26,819 nucleotides of DNA from positions 1 to 26,819 of IMG/VR virus record IMGVR_UViG_3300010368_000087; one strand, written 5' to 3'. Under the pieces are notes generated by a model, which ran no database searches, had not been told where the DNA came from, and worked only from the letters and a program-made list of their open reading frames with translations. The DNA is from a virus. Lineage: Duplodnaviria; Caudoviricetes. Made by a program: the position numbers and the translations under genes. Positions 19,141-26,675 of this stretch are shown here, piece by piece. The number at the start of each line of letters is the position of its first letter. Positions within the stretch are counted from its first letter, which is position 1.

Positions 19141-19320
19141 ATGCAAGGCTTTAGTAATCGAAAAGAGTTTGAAGAATGGACAACAGATCAGATCCAAAAA
19201 TATGGAATACGTCAACCTGATACATACATAGATCAGGAATTGAGAAACTTAAATCCCAGCATCTCCATGGGATTTATCAAACGTCAAATAGCAAAAACAA
19301 AAGACAAGGTAGTTGAATGA
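19141..19320 (+). CDS. Hypothetical protein (59 aa)
   Basis: MQGFSNRKEFEEWTTDQIQKYGIRQPD...KVVE; abuts the upstream stop, ATGA overlap with the clamp loader; not in the ORF track. Confidence 0.7.
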   Translation: MQGFSNRKEFEEWTTDQIQKYGIRQPDTYIDQELRNLNPSISMGFIKRQIAKTKDKVVE

Positions 19321-20231
19321 AGAAAATATGGGTAGACAAATATCGACCAAACACTCTTGATGGGTATGTGTTTAGAGATCAGTCTCAAAAGGAACAAATT
19401 GAAGGATGGATCAAACAGGGATCGATTCCTCATCTGTTACTAAGTGGATCTGCTGGAATTGGCAAAACCACTATTGCAAAAATCTTAATCAATCAGCTTG
19501 ATGTACAAGACATTGATTTGATGATTGCAAATGGTAGTAAGGAAGCACGAAAAATTGAATGGGTTGATAAACTCATTAGCTTCTGCCAAACAATGCCTTT
19601 TGGTGATTTTAAAATTGTGCTTATTGATGAAGCAGATTATATGAATATCAATTCAGTGCAGCCAGCATTGCGCAATCTTATGGAAGATTACAGCACTGAT
19701 GTTAGGTTTATCCTTACTTGCAACTACCCTAACAAAATTATGCCTGCAATACACAGTAGATGTCAGCACATGCATTTTGAAAAAATTGATCAGACAGAGT
19801 ATACTGCTAGAGTTGCAGAAATACTAATTACTGAAAATGTAGAGTTTGACCTTGATGTACTGGATACGTATGTTAAGGCATATTACCCTGATTTGCGCAA
19901 ATGTATCAATACTGTTGAAATGAATAGTCAAACAGGATCGTTGGTTGCTCCTACTACTGGCTCAAGCTCTAGTGATTATAAAATCCAGATGGTTGATTTA
20001 TTTAAATCAGGTAAAATATTGGAAGCTAGAAAGCTAATTTGTTCTCAGGCCACAACAGAAGAAATGGAAGACATTTATCGCTGGCTTTATGATAATCTAG
20101 AAGTGTTTGGCGATGAAGAGCAGCAGGATAGTGCAGTGCTAATCATTAAGCAAGGACTTGTGGACCATGCACTGGTGGTTGATCCTGAAATAAATCTTGC
20201 TGCTACACTAATTAGATTGGCAAGACTGTAA
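19317..20231 (+). CDS. Sliding-clamp loader AAA+ subunit (RFC small subunit / T4 gp44-like)
   Basis: WVDKYRP, Walker A GSAGIGKTT, Walker B LIDEAD, RFILTCNY and SRC motifs. Confidence 0.93.
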   Translation: MKKIWVDKYRPNTLDGYVFRDQSQKEQIEGWIKQGSIPHLLLSGSAGIGKTTIAKILINQLDVQDIDLMIANGSKEARKIEWVDKLISFCQTMPFGDFKIVLIDEADYMNINSVQPALRNLMEDYSTDVRFILTCNYPNKIMPAIHSRCQHMHFEKIDQTEYTARVAEILITENVEFDLDVLDTYVKAYYPDLRKCINTVEMNSQTGSLVAPTTGSSSSDYKIQMVDLFKSGKILEARKLICSQATTEEMEDIYRWLYDNLEVFGDEEQQDSAVLIIKQGLVDHALVVDPEINLAATLIRLARL

Positions 20232-20254
20232 TGACTTACGTTGTAAACGATAGC
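20231..20254 (+). pseudogene. Orphaned first copy of the ferredoxin 5' end (MTYVVNDS)
   Basis: TAATG-coupled to the clamp loader; matches MTYIVNDA at 20407. Frame continues as NSRTRDT and stops at 20278. Confidence 0.75.
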
Positions 20255-20426
20255 AATAGCAGAACAAGAGATACTTAAAGTATCTACAAGATATAAACCT
20301 AAAAAAAGATTTGGAGGTTATACTGAATGTATAAAAGAATATGTAGACGTACACAAGTATGTTCCGAACAGGGTCGGAAACCCTATAGAGGAGGCTTTGG
20401 CAGACTATGACCTATATCGTAAATGA
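20247..20426 (+). pseudogene. Start-less C-terminal remnant of a putative GIY-YIG-superfamily homing endonuclease
   Basis: Open frame ...[56 protein letters not shown]. The E-Q-x-IL...Y-x-PK-x-x-FGGYTEC pattern resembles phage GIY-YIG-like nuclease C-termini (recognised from memory). Confidence 0.55.
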
Positions 20427-20754
20427 TGCTTGTATTAAATGCAAACATATGGATTGTGTTTCAGTCTGCCCTTAGCCAGTCGACTGTTTCTACGAAGGTG
20501 AAAACATGTTGGTAATTAATCCAACTGAATGCATTGATTGTGGGGTATGTGAACCTGAGTGCCCTGCAGATGCAATTACAGCTGACACTGTGGATGGTGC
20601 CGATAAATGGGTAGAGTTTAATCAAAAGTATTCAGATATCTGGCCCAATATTGCTCAAATGAGGTCAGAGGACGTCCCAACTGATGCAGCTGATTGGCAT
20701 GGTGTACCAGGAAAAAATAAATATTTCAGTGAGGAGCCTGGAAAAGGTGATTAG
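20407..20754 (+). CDS. fdxA: 7Fe ([3Fe-4S][4Fe-4S]) ferredoxin, FdxA type, interrupted by in-frame TAG at 20473-20475
   Basis: [52 protein letters not shown]... with C-x2-C-x4-C-x3-CP and C-x2-C-x2-C-x3-CP motifs; GAGGAGG SD at 20388. The ORF track captures only 20506..20754. Confidence 0.85.
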
Positions 20755-21220
20755 AGCAATATTAGCACATGATGCACATTATGGAATTGGTAAGAATGGT
20801 ACACTGCCTTGGCCCAAGAACAGTAAAGATTTGCAATGGTTTAAAGAATGTACCGATGGGTGTGCAGTGGTCATGGGACGAAAAACCTGGGAAAGCTTGC
20901 CAGTCAAACCACTGCCAAACAGAAAGAACATAGTAATAAGTTCTAGTGAAGTTCAAGACGCCACATATACATATACGCATGATGATGTGCTTAATGGAGT
21001 TCTAACTGAAATTAGTTTTGAATTCCCTGTTTGGATTATCGGCGGCGCACAGTTAGTCGAAAGTTCTTTAGACATTATAGATGAATTATGGCTTAACAAT
21101 GTGGATGGGGACTATGACTGCGATACGTTCTTACCAGTAAAGAAAATAAACAAAATGTTTAAAATTGAACATTCTGAAATTAAAAGTTTCGGAATAGTTT
21201 CGAAATGGAGTAAAAAATGA
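20747..21220 (+). CDS. folA: Dihydrofolate reductase
   Basis: [46 protein letters not shown] and DCDTF motifs. GTG 20747 is the likely start. Confidence 0.93.
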   Translation: MIRAILAHDAHYGIGKNGTLPWPKNSKDLQWFKECTDGCAVVMGRKTWESLPVKPLPNRKNIVISSSEVQDATYTYTHDDVLNGVLTEISFEFPVWIIGGAQLVESSLDIIDELWLNNVDGDYDCDTFLPVKKINKMFKIEHSEIKSFGIVSKWSKK

Positions 21221-22083
21221 AACAATATTTAGAGGCACTGCACCACATTTTAGAACATGGTAAAGATAGAGATGATAGGACAAATACCGGCACACGTGGA
21301 GTTTTTGGTTACCAAATGCGTTTTGACTTACGCAAAGAATTCCCAGCAGTTACCACAAAGAAACTTGCTTGGCGCAGTGTTGTAAGTGAACTTCTTTGGT
21401 TTTTAGAAGGGAGCAGTGATGAAAGACGTCTTGCTGAAATTCATTATGGAAAACCCAGAGAAGATCTGGTAGGCAAAACTACTATCTGGACTGCTAACGC
21501 TAACAAACAAGCCAAAGATTTGGGATACACAAACACTGATACGGTAAAAGAGTTAGGCCCAGTTTATGGAAGCCAATGGCGCAGTTGGGATGCAAAAATA
21601 GGTCATGTAGATCAGATAGCAGACTTGCTTGATGGACTACATTATGCCCCAGAAAGCCGTAGACATATTGTTAGTGCATGGAACGCTGATCAAGTAAATG
21701 TAATGGCACTTCCGCCGTGTCATACTATGTTTCAATTTCATGTACAGGACGGAGAACTAAGCTGTCAACTATATCAGCGCAGTGCTGATATGTTCTTGGG
21801 TGTCCCGTTTAATATTGCAAGTTACAGTTTACTTACTCATATGTTTGCACAGATATTAAATCTAAAAGTGGGTGATTTTGTTTGGACAGGTGGAGATTGC
21901 CATATATACCAAAATCACATGGACCAAGTACGTGAACAACTTAAAAGAGTGCCGCAGCCTGGTCCATTGCTAATTTTACCAGGGTTCACGAATTTAGAAG
22001 AACTGACTGCTACTAAGCCTTTAGACTATAAACTTATAGGTTATGATCCAATGCCCAGTATCCCTGCACCAATGGCAGTTTAA
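21217..22083 (+). CDS. thyA: Thymidylate synthase (ThyA)
   Basis: DDRTNTGT, ELLWFL, LGPVYGSQWR, SRRHIVSAWN, MALPPCH, YQRSADMFLGVPFNIASY, GDCHIY and terminal MAV. Confidence 0.97.
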   Translation: MKQYLEALHHILEHGKDRDDRTNTGTRGVFGYQMRFDLRKEFPAVTTKKLAWRSVVSELLWFLEGSSDERRLAEIHYGKPREDLVGKTTIWTANANKQAKDLGYTNTDTVKELGPVYGSQWRSWDAKIGHVDQIADLLDGLHYAPESRRHIVSAWNADQVNVMALPPCHTMFQFHVQDGELSCQLYQRSADMFLGVPFNIASYSLLTHMFAQILNLKVGDFVWTGGDCHIYQNHMDQVREQLKRVPQPGPLLILPGFTNLEELTATKPLDYKLIGYDPMPSIPAPMAV

Positions 22084-22370
22084 TGTTTGGTGGTAATTAT
22101 ACTGGAGGATATCAGCCCATGCCAGAACGAGACGTTTTTGAAAAATGGGCATGGATACCTGTAAAAACTACTAGCGAAAAATGGGTATGGAACCGACGTT
22201 ACTATATAATTTCTACATATTGTGACGAAAATGGAAAGCCACCTATGAAAGGGCTTGCATGGCATCATACTTTAACAGAAAATGAATATTTGGTTTGGCA
22301 GATTAAAAATCCTAAAAAAGAATCCAAACCACCAACAGGTGGTAGTGCAATTAAAAAGGCAGTGTATTAA
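22083..22370 (+). CDS. Hypothetical protein (Trp-rich)
   Basis: TAATG coupling to thyA; ends inside the terminator hairpin. Confidence 0.7.
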   Translation: MFGGNYTGGYQPMPERDVFEKWAWIPVKTTSEKWVWNRRYYIISTYCDENGKPPMKGLAWHHTLTENEYLVWQIKNPKKESKPPTGGSAIKKAVY

Positions 22371-22385
22371 TTTACACTGCCTTTT
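22354..22385. terminator. Bidirectional intrinsic terminator
   Basis: 13-bp perfect stem AAAAGGCAGTGTA / TACACTGCCTTTT with loop TTAATT, between convergent genes; T-runs on both strands. Confidence 0.85.
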
Positions 22386-22392
22386 ATTTTAG

Positions 22393-23121
22393 TTATTCAT
22401 CACCGTATACGTTGAGTACTGCTTTAACTGCATTGTGTCTTTCAATATCTCCTTGATTGAAGCGCACAACTTCCAAACATGGTTGGTTGAATTTTTCTAA
22501 CCGTCTGGTAAAATCAATCAATCCATTATCTTTTAGACGATCTGCTTGATTCAGGTCTCCTGTTACAGCCATCATTGCCCCTTCACCCAAACGAGTTAAT
22601 AACATTTTCATTTGATTGGGTGTTGCGTTTTGCATTTCATCTGCAAGAATAAAACTATTCTTAAAAGTTCTACCGCGCATATATGCAAGTGGTGATATTT
22701 CAATGATACCTTCTTCAATCATGCCTTGAAGTTCTCTTGCATTAAAGTATTCTTTTAATACATCGAAAATGGGACGAGTCCATGGTGCCATCTTTTCTTC
22801 TAGTGTGCCTGGTAAGTGACCTAAGTCTTCATCAACTGAGACTGCTGGTCTAGTTACAATAATTTTATCAACTTTTCCTTCCTTAAATAATTTAACCGCT
22901 ACTTGCACAGCCAAAAGTGTTTTGCCTGTTCCTGCTGGACCTATCCCGAAGACTATGTCTTTTTGCTCGTCTAACAGTGTTAACACGTAAGTTTCTTGGT
23001 TTTTATTTCTTGGAATAATATTTACAATTTGCTTTTTGGTAAATTGTTTAATGTCTACAACATTGTTATTATGTGTTGTAGAACTATTGCGCTTTCTAGA
23101 AGCTCGTTTTGGTGCACCCAT
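22393..23121 (-). CDS. phoH: PhoH-family ATPase
   Basis: GPAGTGKT, IIVTRPAV, LGHLPG, PLAYMRGRTF, DEMQN, TRLG, GDLNQAD and DIERH motifs; AAGGAGG SD. Confidence 0.96.
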   Translation of the reverse strand: MGAPKRASRKRNSSTTHNNNVVDIKQFTKKQIVNIIPRNKNQETYVLTLLDEQKDIVFGIGPAGTGKTLLAVQVAVKLFKEGKVDKIIVTRPAVSVDEDLGHLPGTLEEKMAPWTRPIFDVLKEYFNARELQGMIEEGIIEISPLAYMRGRTFKNSFILADEMQNATPNQMKMLLTRLGEGAMMAVTGDLNQADRLKDNGLIDFTRRLEKFNQPCLEVVRFNQGDIERHNAVKAVLNVYGDE

Positions 23122-23149
23122 TAAGTGTCCTCCTTGGGGTTACTGTAGA

Positions 23150-23180
23150 GGGGCAATTTCCGGTTAGGGAAATTCTCCCC
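23150..23180 (-). promoter_or_regulatory. Hairpin in the phoH leader
   Basis: AATTTCC (23155-61) / GGAAATT (23168-74) stem extended by GGGG/CCCC, between minus-strand TAAATA (23187-92) and the SD. Confidence 0.45.
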
Positions 23181-23238
23181 GCAATGTATTTAGTCATTGG
23201 AGGGTTGAATAAAATTAATACATTACTAGTTTTGCCGA

Positions 23239-23244
23239 TAAATA
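23239..23244 (+). promoter_or_regulatory. TAAATA late-promoter-like motif (CGATAAATA), divergent from the phoH motif
   Basis: Upstream of AAGGA SD and ATG 23267. Confidence 0.6.
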
Positions 23245-23266
23245 AGTATAAGCAAGGAAGATTCAA

Positions 23267-23809
23267 ATGCAAGATGTTTTAGATATTATTAAAAATATTG
23301 AATCAATATATGATTCAAATACTTCTTTTGGGGTATTAAAGGACTTTGAAAGAGTGATAGATGAATTAGATTTATATGTTTACAAAAATTGGGCCGAGGG
23401 TGAATTAGCTGAAGGACCAATTATTCAACGTCATTGGGTTACATGTACATTCATGTGGCCTGAAGCTAATATGCCTGATCCAATGGGTGCAAAACGTTTA
23501 CTAGATTATGATTGCAAAGTTGGATACAAGAGGAGTACATTAATTACTCCTAGAAAAATTAAAAAACCTGATGATATTAGGCCTGGGTCTAAAAAAGGAA
23601 AATTGGACGAAAGTTCTATATGGTTAGTTAAGATTCAAATGCCCAAAAAATTAATATCTGATATTCATTCTGGATACATTGATGAAATAAACAAAGAACC
23701 AGTTGATGAACTTAAAATTCCAAGTCAAGCACAGTCCGCAGACGAGTTGTCAGCAGAAGGTATGGATGCTGGTGTCGGCGGTGATGTCGGTCTTGAAGGA
23801 GGACTGTAA
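23267..23809 (+). CDS. Phage hypothetical protein
   Basis: 180-aa ORF with SD and late motif; TAATG coupling downstream. Confidence 0.75.
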   Translation: MQDVLDIIKNIESIYDSNTSFGVLKDFERVIDELDLYVYKNWAEGELAEGPIIQRHWVTCTFMWPEANMPDPMGAKRLLDYDCKVGYKRSTLITPRKIKKPDDIRPGSKKGKLDESSIWLVKIQMPKKLISDIHSGYIDEINKEPVDELKIPSQAQSADELSAEGMDAGVGGDVGLEGGL

Positions 23810-24528
23810 TGACTTTAAAGACTGGAGATTTAAAGGACTTATTACATCATATCATGGAAATAGACTCATACAAATCAAAGATGGGAAGTGATAAAGATAT
23901 AATTACATTAAGTTTTAGCACTGGCACTAAAGAATCTGCTGATGATTTAATGGTTTTTATTGAAAAGGGATATGAGTTTGTATTGGATTCGGATGCTACT
24001 GCTGGTGAGCAAAGCGATGGTACTTACAAAGTATTCGTTGAAATTGAAAGATCAAGAAATGCACCAGAAGAAATTTTAGAAATCATCGATGGCGTAAAGA
24101 AACTTTCTAATCTTGATGATTTAAAATTTCGGTATTATAAAAATTTCAAATCTATGCTATTAAATTTGGAAACATTGACTGCAACAGTTCCTATTGATTC
24201 AGAAAGTTATAAAAATAAAGTCAATGAATCTAATATGGATAATTACAAAAACTTCTTTAATCGAAGTTTTGTTGAATCAATCGATATGTGGGATGACATT
24301 ATAAAAATTAAGAAAAAATTTGCAGATCCAGTTTACTTTAAGTTTATTGATTTTGGTGATAAAACGCAAATTATGAATGATTTAACTGAAAGTTTAAATT
24401 TTAATGAGTTTGCTGAAGTAATATTTTTATCAAAGTATATTGGTGATTATAATATTACAAAATATGGCAACAAACTAACATTTGAAAATCAAGACAAAAC
24501 TCTTGTGTTAACTCGCATTCAAACATAG
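23809..24528 (+). CDS. Phage hypothetical protein
   Basis: 239-aa ORF with GGAGG SD, coupled to the upstream gene. Confidence 0.75.
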   Translation: MTLKTGDLKDLLHHIMEIDSYKSKMGSDKDIITLSFSTGTKESADDLMVFIEKGYEFVLDSDATAGEQSDGTYKVFVEIERSRNAPEEILEIIDGVKKLSNLDDLKFRYYKNFKSMLLNLETLTATVPIDSESYKNKVNESNMDNYKNFFNRSFVESIDMWDDIIKIKKKFADPVYFKFIDFGDKTQIMNDLTESLNFNEFAEVIFLSKYIGDYNITKYGNKLTFENQDKTLVLTRIQT

Positions 24529-24542
24529 TCAAGGAGTAATTT

Positions 24543-25394
24543 ATGATTACAATACAACAATTTAGTGCAATGATTCCTAGTAATAAAGAAGCAGATGAAT
24601 GGTATAAAATCGCCGTTGATTTATTTGAGAAATACGATATTACAACTAAAAATCGTATAGCAGGATTTATGGCGCAGTGTGCTCATGAGTCAAATGAATT
24701 CAAGTCTCTTGAAGAGAATCTTAATTATAGTGAAAAAGCACTTAATTCAGTATTTGGAAGATACTTTGGACCAGGAAAAAGAAATGCTAAAGAATATGCT
24801 CGTAATCCTGAAAAGATTGCAAACTATGTTTATCAAGATAAATTTAGATCTAAACGAGGTGCTCTTGGTAACACTAATACCGGAGATGGTTGGAGATTTA
24901 GGGGTCGTGGCATTAAGCAACTCACAGGCCGTAATAACTACTCAGCATTTGCAAAATCAGTAGGAATGACTGCGGAAGAAGCTGCTGAATATGTAGCTAC
25001 AAAGCAAGGTGCGTTTGAAAGTGCTTGCTGGTTTTGGAAAACAAATAACATTGCTGCATATGCAGATAGAGGTGACATAGTAGGAATGTCAAAGCGTATT
25101 AACGGTGGTACAATAGGATTAGACGATCGTACTAGACGCTGGAATTCTGCTCTTGCAATATTAGATGGCAAGGCTACAGTGCATACTGAAGCAACAACGA
25201 AATCAATCAAAGTATTGCGAATTGGTTCAAAAGGACCTGAAGTTATAAAACTGCAAAAAGCATTGGGAATTAGTGCAGATGGAGACTTTGGACGTGGTAC
25301 TGAACAGGCATTGAAACAGTGGCAATCTATGCATGGAATGGTTTCTGATGGCATAGCAGGTTCAAACACATTGAAAAAGTTAAGATTGATATGA
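24543..25394 (+). CDS. Endolysin: glycoside hydrolase family 19 domain plus C-terminal peptidoglycan-binding domain
   Basis: FMAQCAHES, LEENLNYS, GDGWRFRGRGIKQLTGRNNY, SACWFW and INGG motifs; C-term LRIGSKGPEVIKLQKAL...DGDFG..T..A...Q...G...DGIAG..T. Confidence 0.92.
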   Translation: MITIQQFSAMIPSNKEADEWYKIAVDLFEKYDITTKNRIAGFMAQCAHESNEFKSLEENLNYSEKALNSVFGRYFGPGKRNAKEYARNPEKIANYVYQDKFRSKRGALGNTNTGDGWRFRGRGIKQLTGRNNYSAFAKSVGMTAEEAAEYVATKQGAFESACWFWKTNNIAAYADRGDIVGMSKRINGGTIGLDDRTRRWNSALAILDGKATVHTEATTKSIKVLRIGSKGPEVIKLQKALGISADGDFGRGTEQALKQWQSMHGMVSDGIAGSNTLKKLRLI

Positions 25395-25852
25395 ATTTTA
25401 AATTAATTGGAATTTTTGCTATTATTATGTTTACTGCCAGTGGTCTTGGGTATTTGTATTATAAAGACTCACAGGCTCGTATACAAACACTTACAACAAA
25501 TAATGCAAATCTTCAAACTGGTATAGATTTAAATGAGCAAACTATTTCACAATTGCAAACTGACTATAATTTAGCACAGCAAGAAGTTATTCGACTGAAC
25601 GATGAAAATACTGCAATACGTCGTAGAAATAGTTTATTAGTTGAAAAGTTTGCCAACAATGATTTGGGATTTTTAGCTGAAAACAGACCAGAATTAATTG
25701 AACGAATTATTAACAGAGGTACTGAAAATGCATTTCGTTGCATGGAGTTATTATCCGGTGCTGAGTTAACTGACAAAGAAAGAAACGCAACAAATGGTAC
25801 AGAATTCAATACTGAATGTCCTTGGCTTTTTAACAATATTGTTCAGCCTTAG
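25391..25852 (+). CDS. Inner-membrane spanin (Rz-like)
   Basis: N-terminal TM helix, long coiled-coil-like region, C-terminal Cys residues; directly after the endolysin. Confidence 0.75.
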   Translation: MNFKLIGIFAIIMFTASGLGYLYYKDSQARIQTLTTNNANLQTGIDLNEQTISQLQTDYNLAQQEVIRLNDENTAIRRRNSLLVEKFANNDLGFLAENRPELIERIINRGTENAFRCMELLSGAELTDKERNATNGTEFNTECPWLFNNIVQP

Positions 25853-26192
25853 TGCTTGTGGAGCAACTGTTGACCCAATTGAAATATCAACAACGCCAGT
25901 ACAGCGCCCATCATTAACCATTCCAAATGTTGATGAACTTAACTTAAAGACGGTTACATGGACTGTTATTACTGTGGATAATTTTGAATCTAAAATAGCA
26001 GAACTCGAAGCCAAAGGATTACCAGTTGTATTTTTTGCGGTAACTGCTGATGGGTACGAGGCAATGTCTCTTAATTTAAACGATTTGCGTTCTCAAGTTG
26101 AACAATTAAATGCCATAATTGTTGCATACAGAAACTACTACGTGGAAAGCGATAGAATTCTAGGCCAAGCAGTGCTTCCTTCACAGAATTAG
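25794..26192 (+). CDS. Outer-membrane spanin lipoprotein (Rz1-like)
   Basis: Signal peptide with lipobox LSAC, Pro-rich linker; overlaps the i-spanin by 59 nt. Confidence 0.78.
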   Translation: MVQNSILNVLGFLTILFSLSACGATVDPIEISTTPVQRPSLTIPNVDELNLKTVTWTVITVDNFESKIAELEAKGLPVVFFAVTADGYEAMSLNLNDLRSQVEQLNAIIVAYRNYYVESDRILGQAVLPSQN

Positions 26193-26194
26193 AA

Positions 26195-26200
26195 TAAATA
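26195..26200 (+). promoter_or_regulatory. TAAATA late-promoter-like motif
   Basis: Intergenic, upstream of ORF 26259. Confidence 0.5.
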
Positions 26201-26258
26201 ATACTAAGAAGGGCAAGTCTTGAAATAGTAATAACAGTCTTGTTCAGAGGAAAGTGAT

Positions 26259-26663
26259 ATGAACAACGACTACGATGATGATTTTTCTCCTAACGATGAT
26301 TACAATCCCAATGGTAATACTAGTTCCAATGGTAAAACGCATGACGTTGAAATTGAATCCAACAATGATGGATCAACCAAATCAGTAAAAATTGGTTCAA
26401 AAACTGCTGAATCAAATGAAAATTTAAAGAAAAATCCATATGCTAAATCAATATATTTGGCAAGAGCAGTTGATGCTTGGAGACCTTTTCCAAGGTTATT
26501 TATTGCTATCTATATTTTTATTCTTTATAGTGTAATCGAATGGTACACTGCTCTTCCAGATCCTAGTATGGAGCAATCTGGTCTTATATCAGTTGTCGTA
26601 GGGGCAGGTGCTGCATGGTTTGGACTGTATGTCGGTTCTGGAAGCAAGGGCCCTCCTGAGTAA
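26259..26663 (+). CDS. Two-TM membrane protein, holin candidate
   Basis: Disordered N/D-rich N-terminus, then RPFPRLFIAIYIFILYSVIEWY and LISVVVGAGAAWFGLYV helices; adjacent to the lysis genes. Confidence 0.55.
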   Translation: MNNDYDDDFSPNDDYNPNGNTSSNGKTHDVEIESNNDGSTKSVKIGSKTAESNENLKKNPYAKSIYLARAVDAWRPFPRLFIAIYIFILYSVIEWYTALPDPSMEQSGLISVVVGAGAAWFGLYVGSGSKGPPE

Positions 26664-26675
26664 CTAAGTATTTGT

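Noticed and set aside
20473-20475. Genome-wide TAG reassignment (genetic code 15) explaining the ferredoxin amber
   Set aside because: The long genes have no in-frame TAG, TAG ends several genes at sensible positions (301, 15289, 24528, 25852, 26192), and the amber comes with an extra Pro codon rather than replacing a residue.
20477-20486. Palindrome CAGTCGACTG after the amber codon as a bypass-stimulating hairpin
   Set aside because: It gives only a 3-bp stem with a 4-nt loop and is largely dictated by the PVDC codons; too weak to claim.
15463-26014. Nested ORFs such as 15463+, 17114-, 17366+, 17937+, 18659-, 18922-, 20762-, 22080-, 23703+, 24679+, 24938-, 25564- and 25766-
   Set aside because: Each overlaps better-supported genes and shows no family motif.
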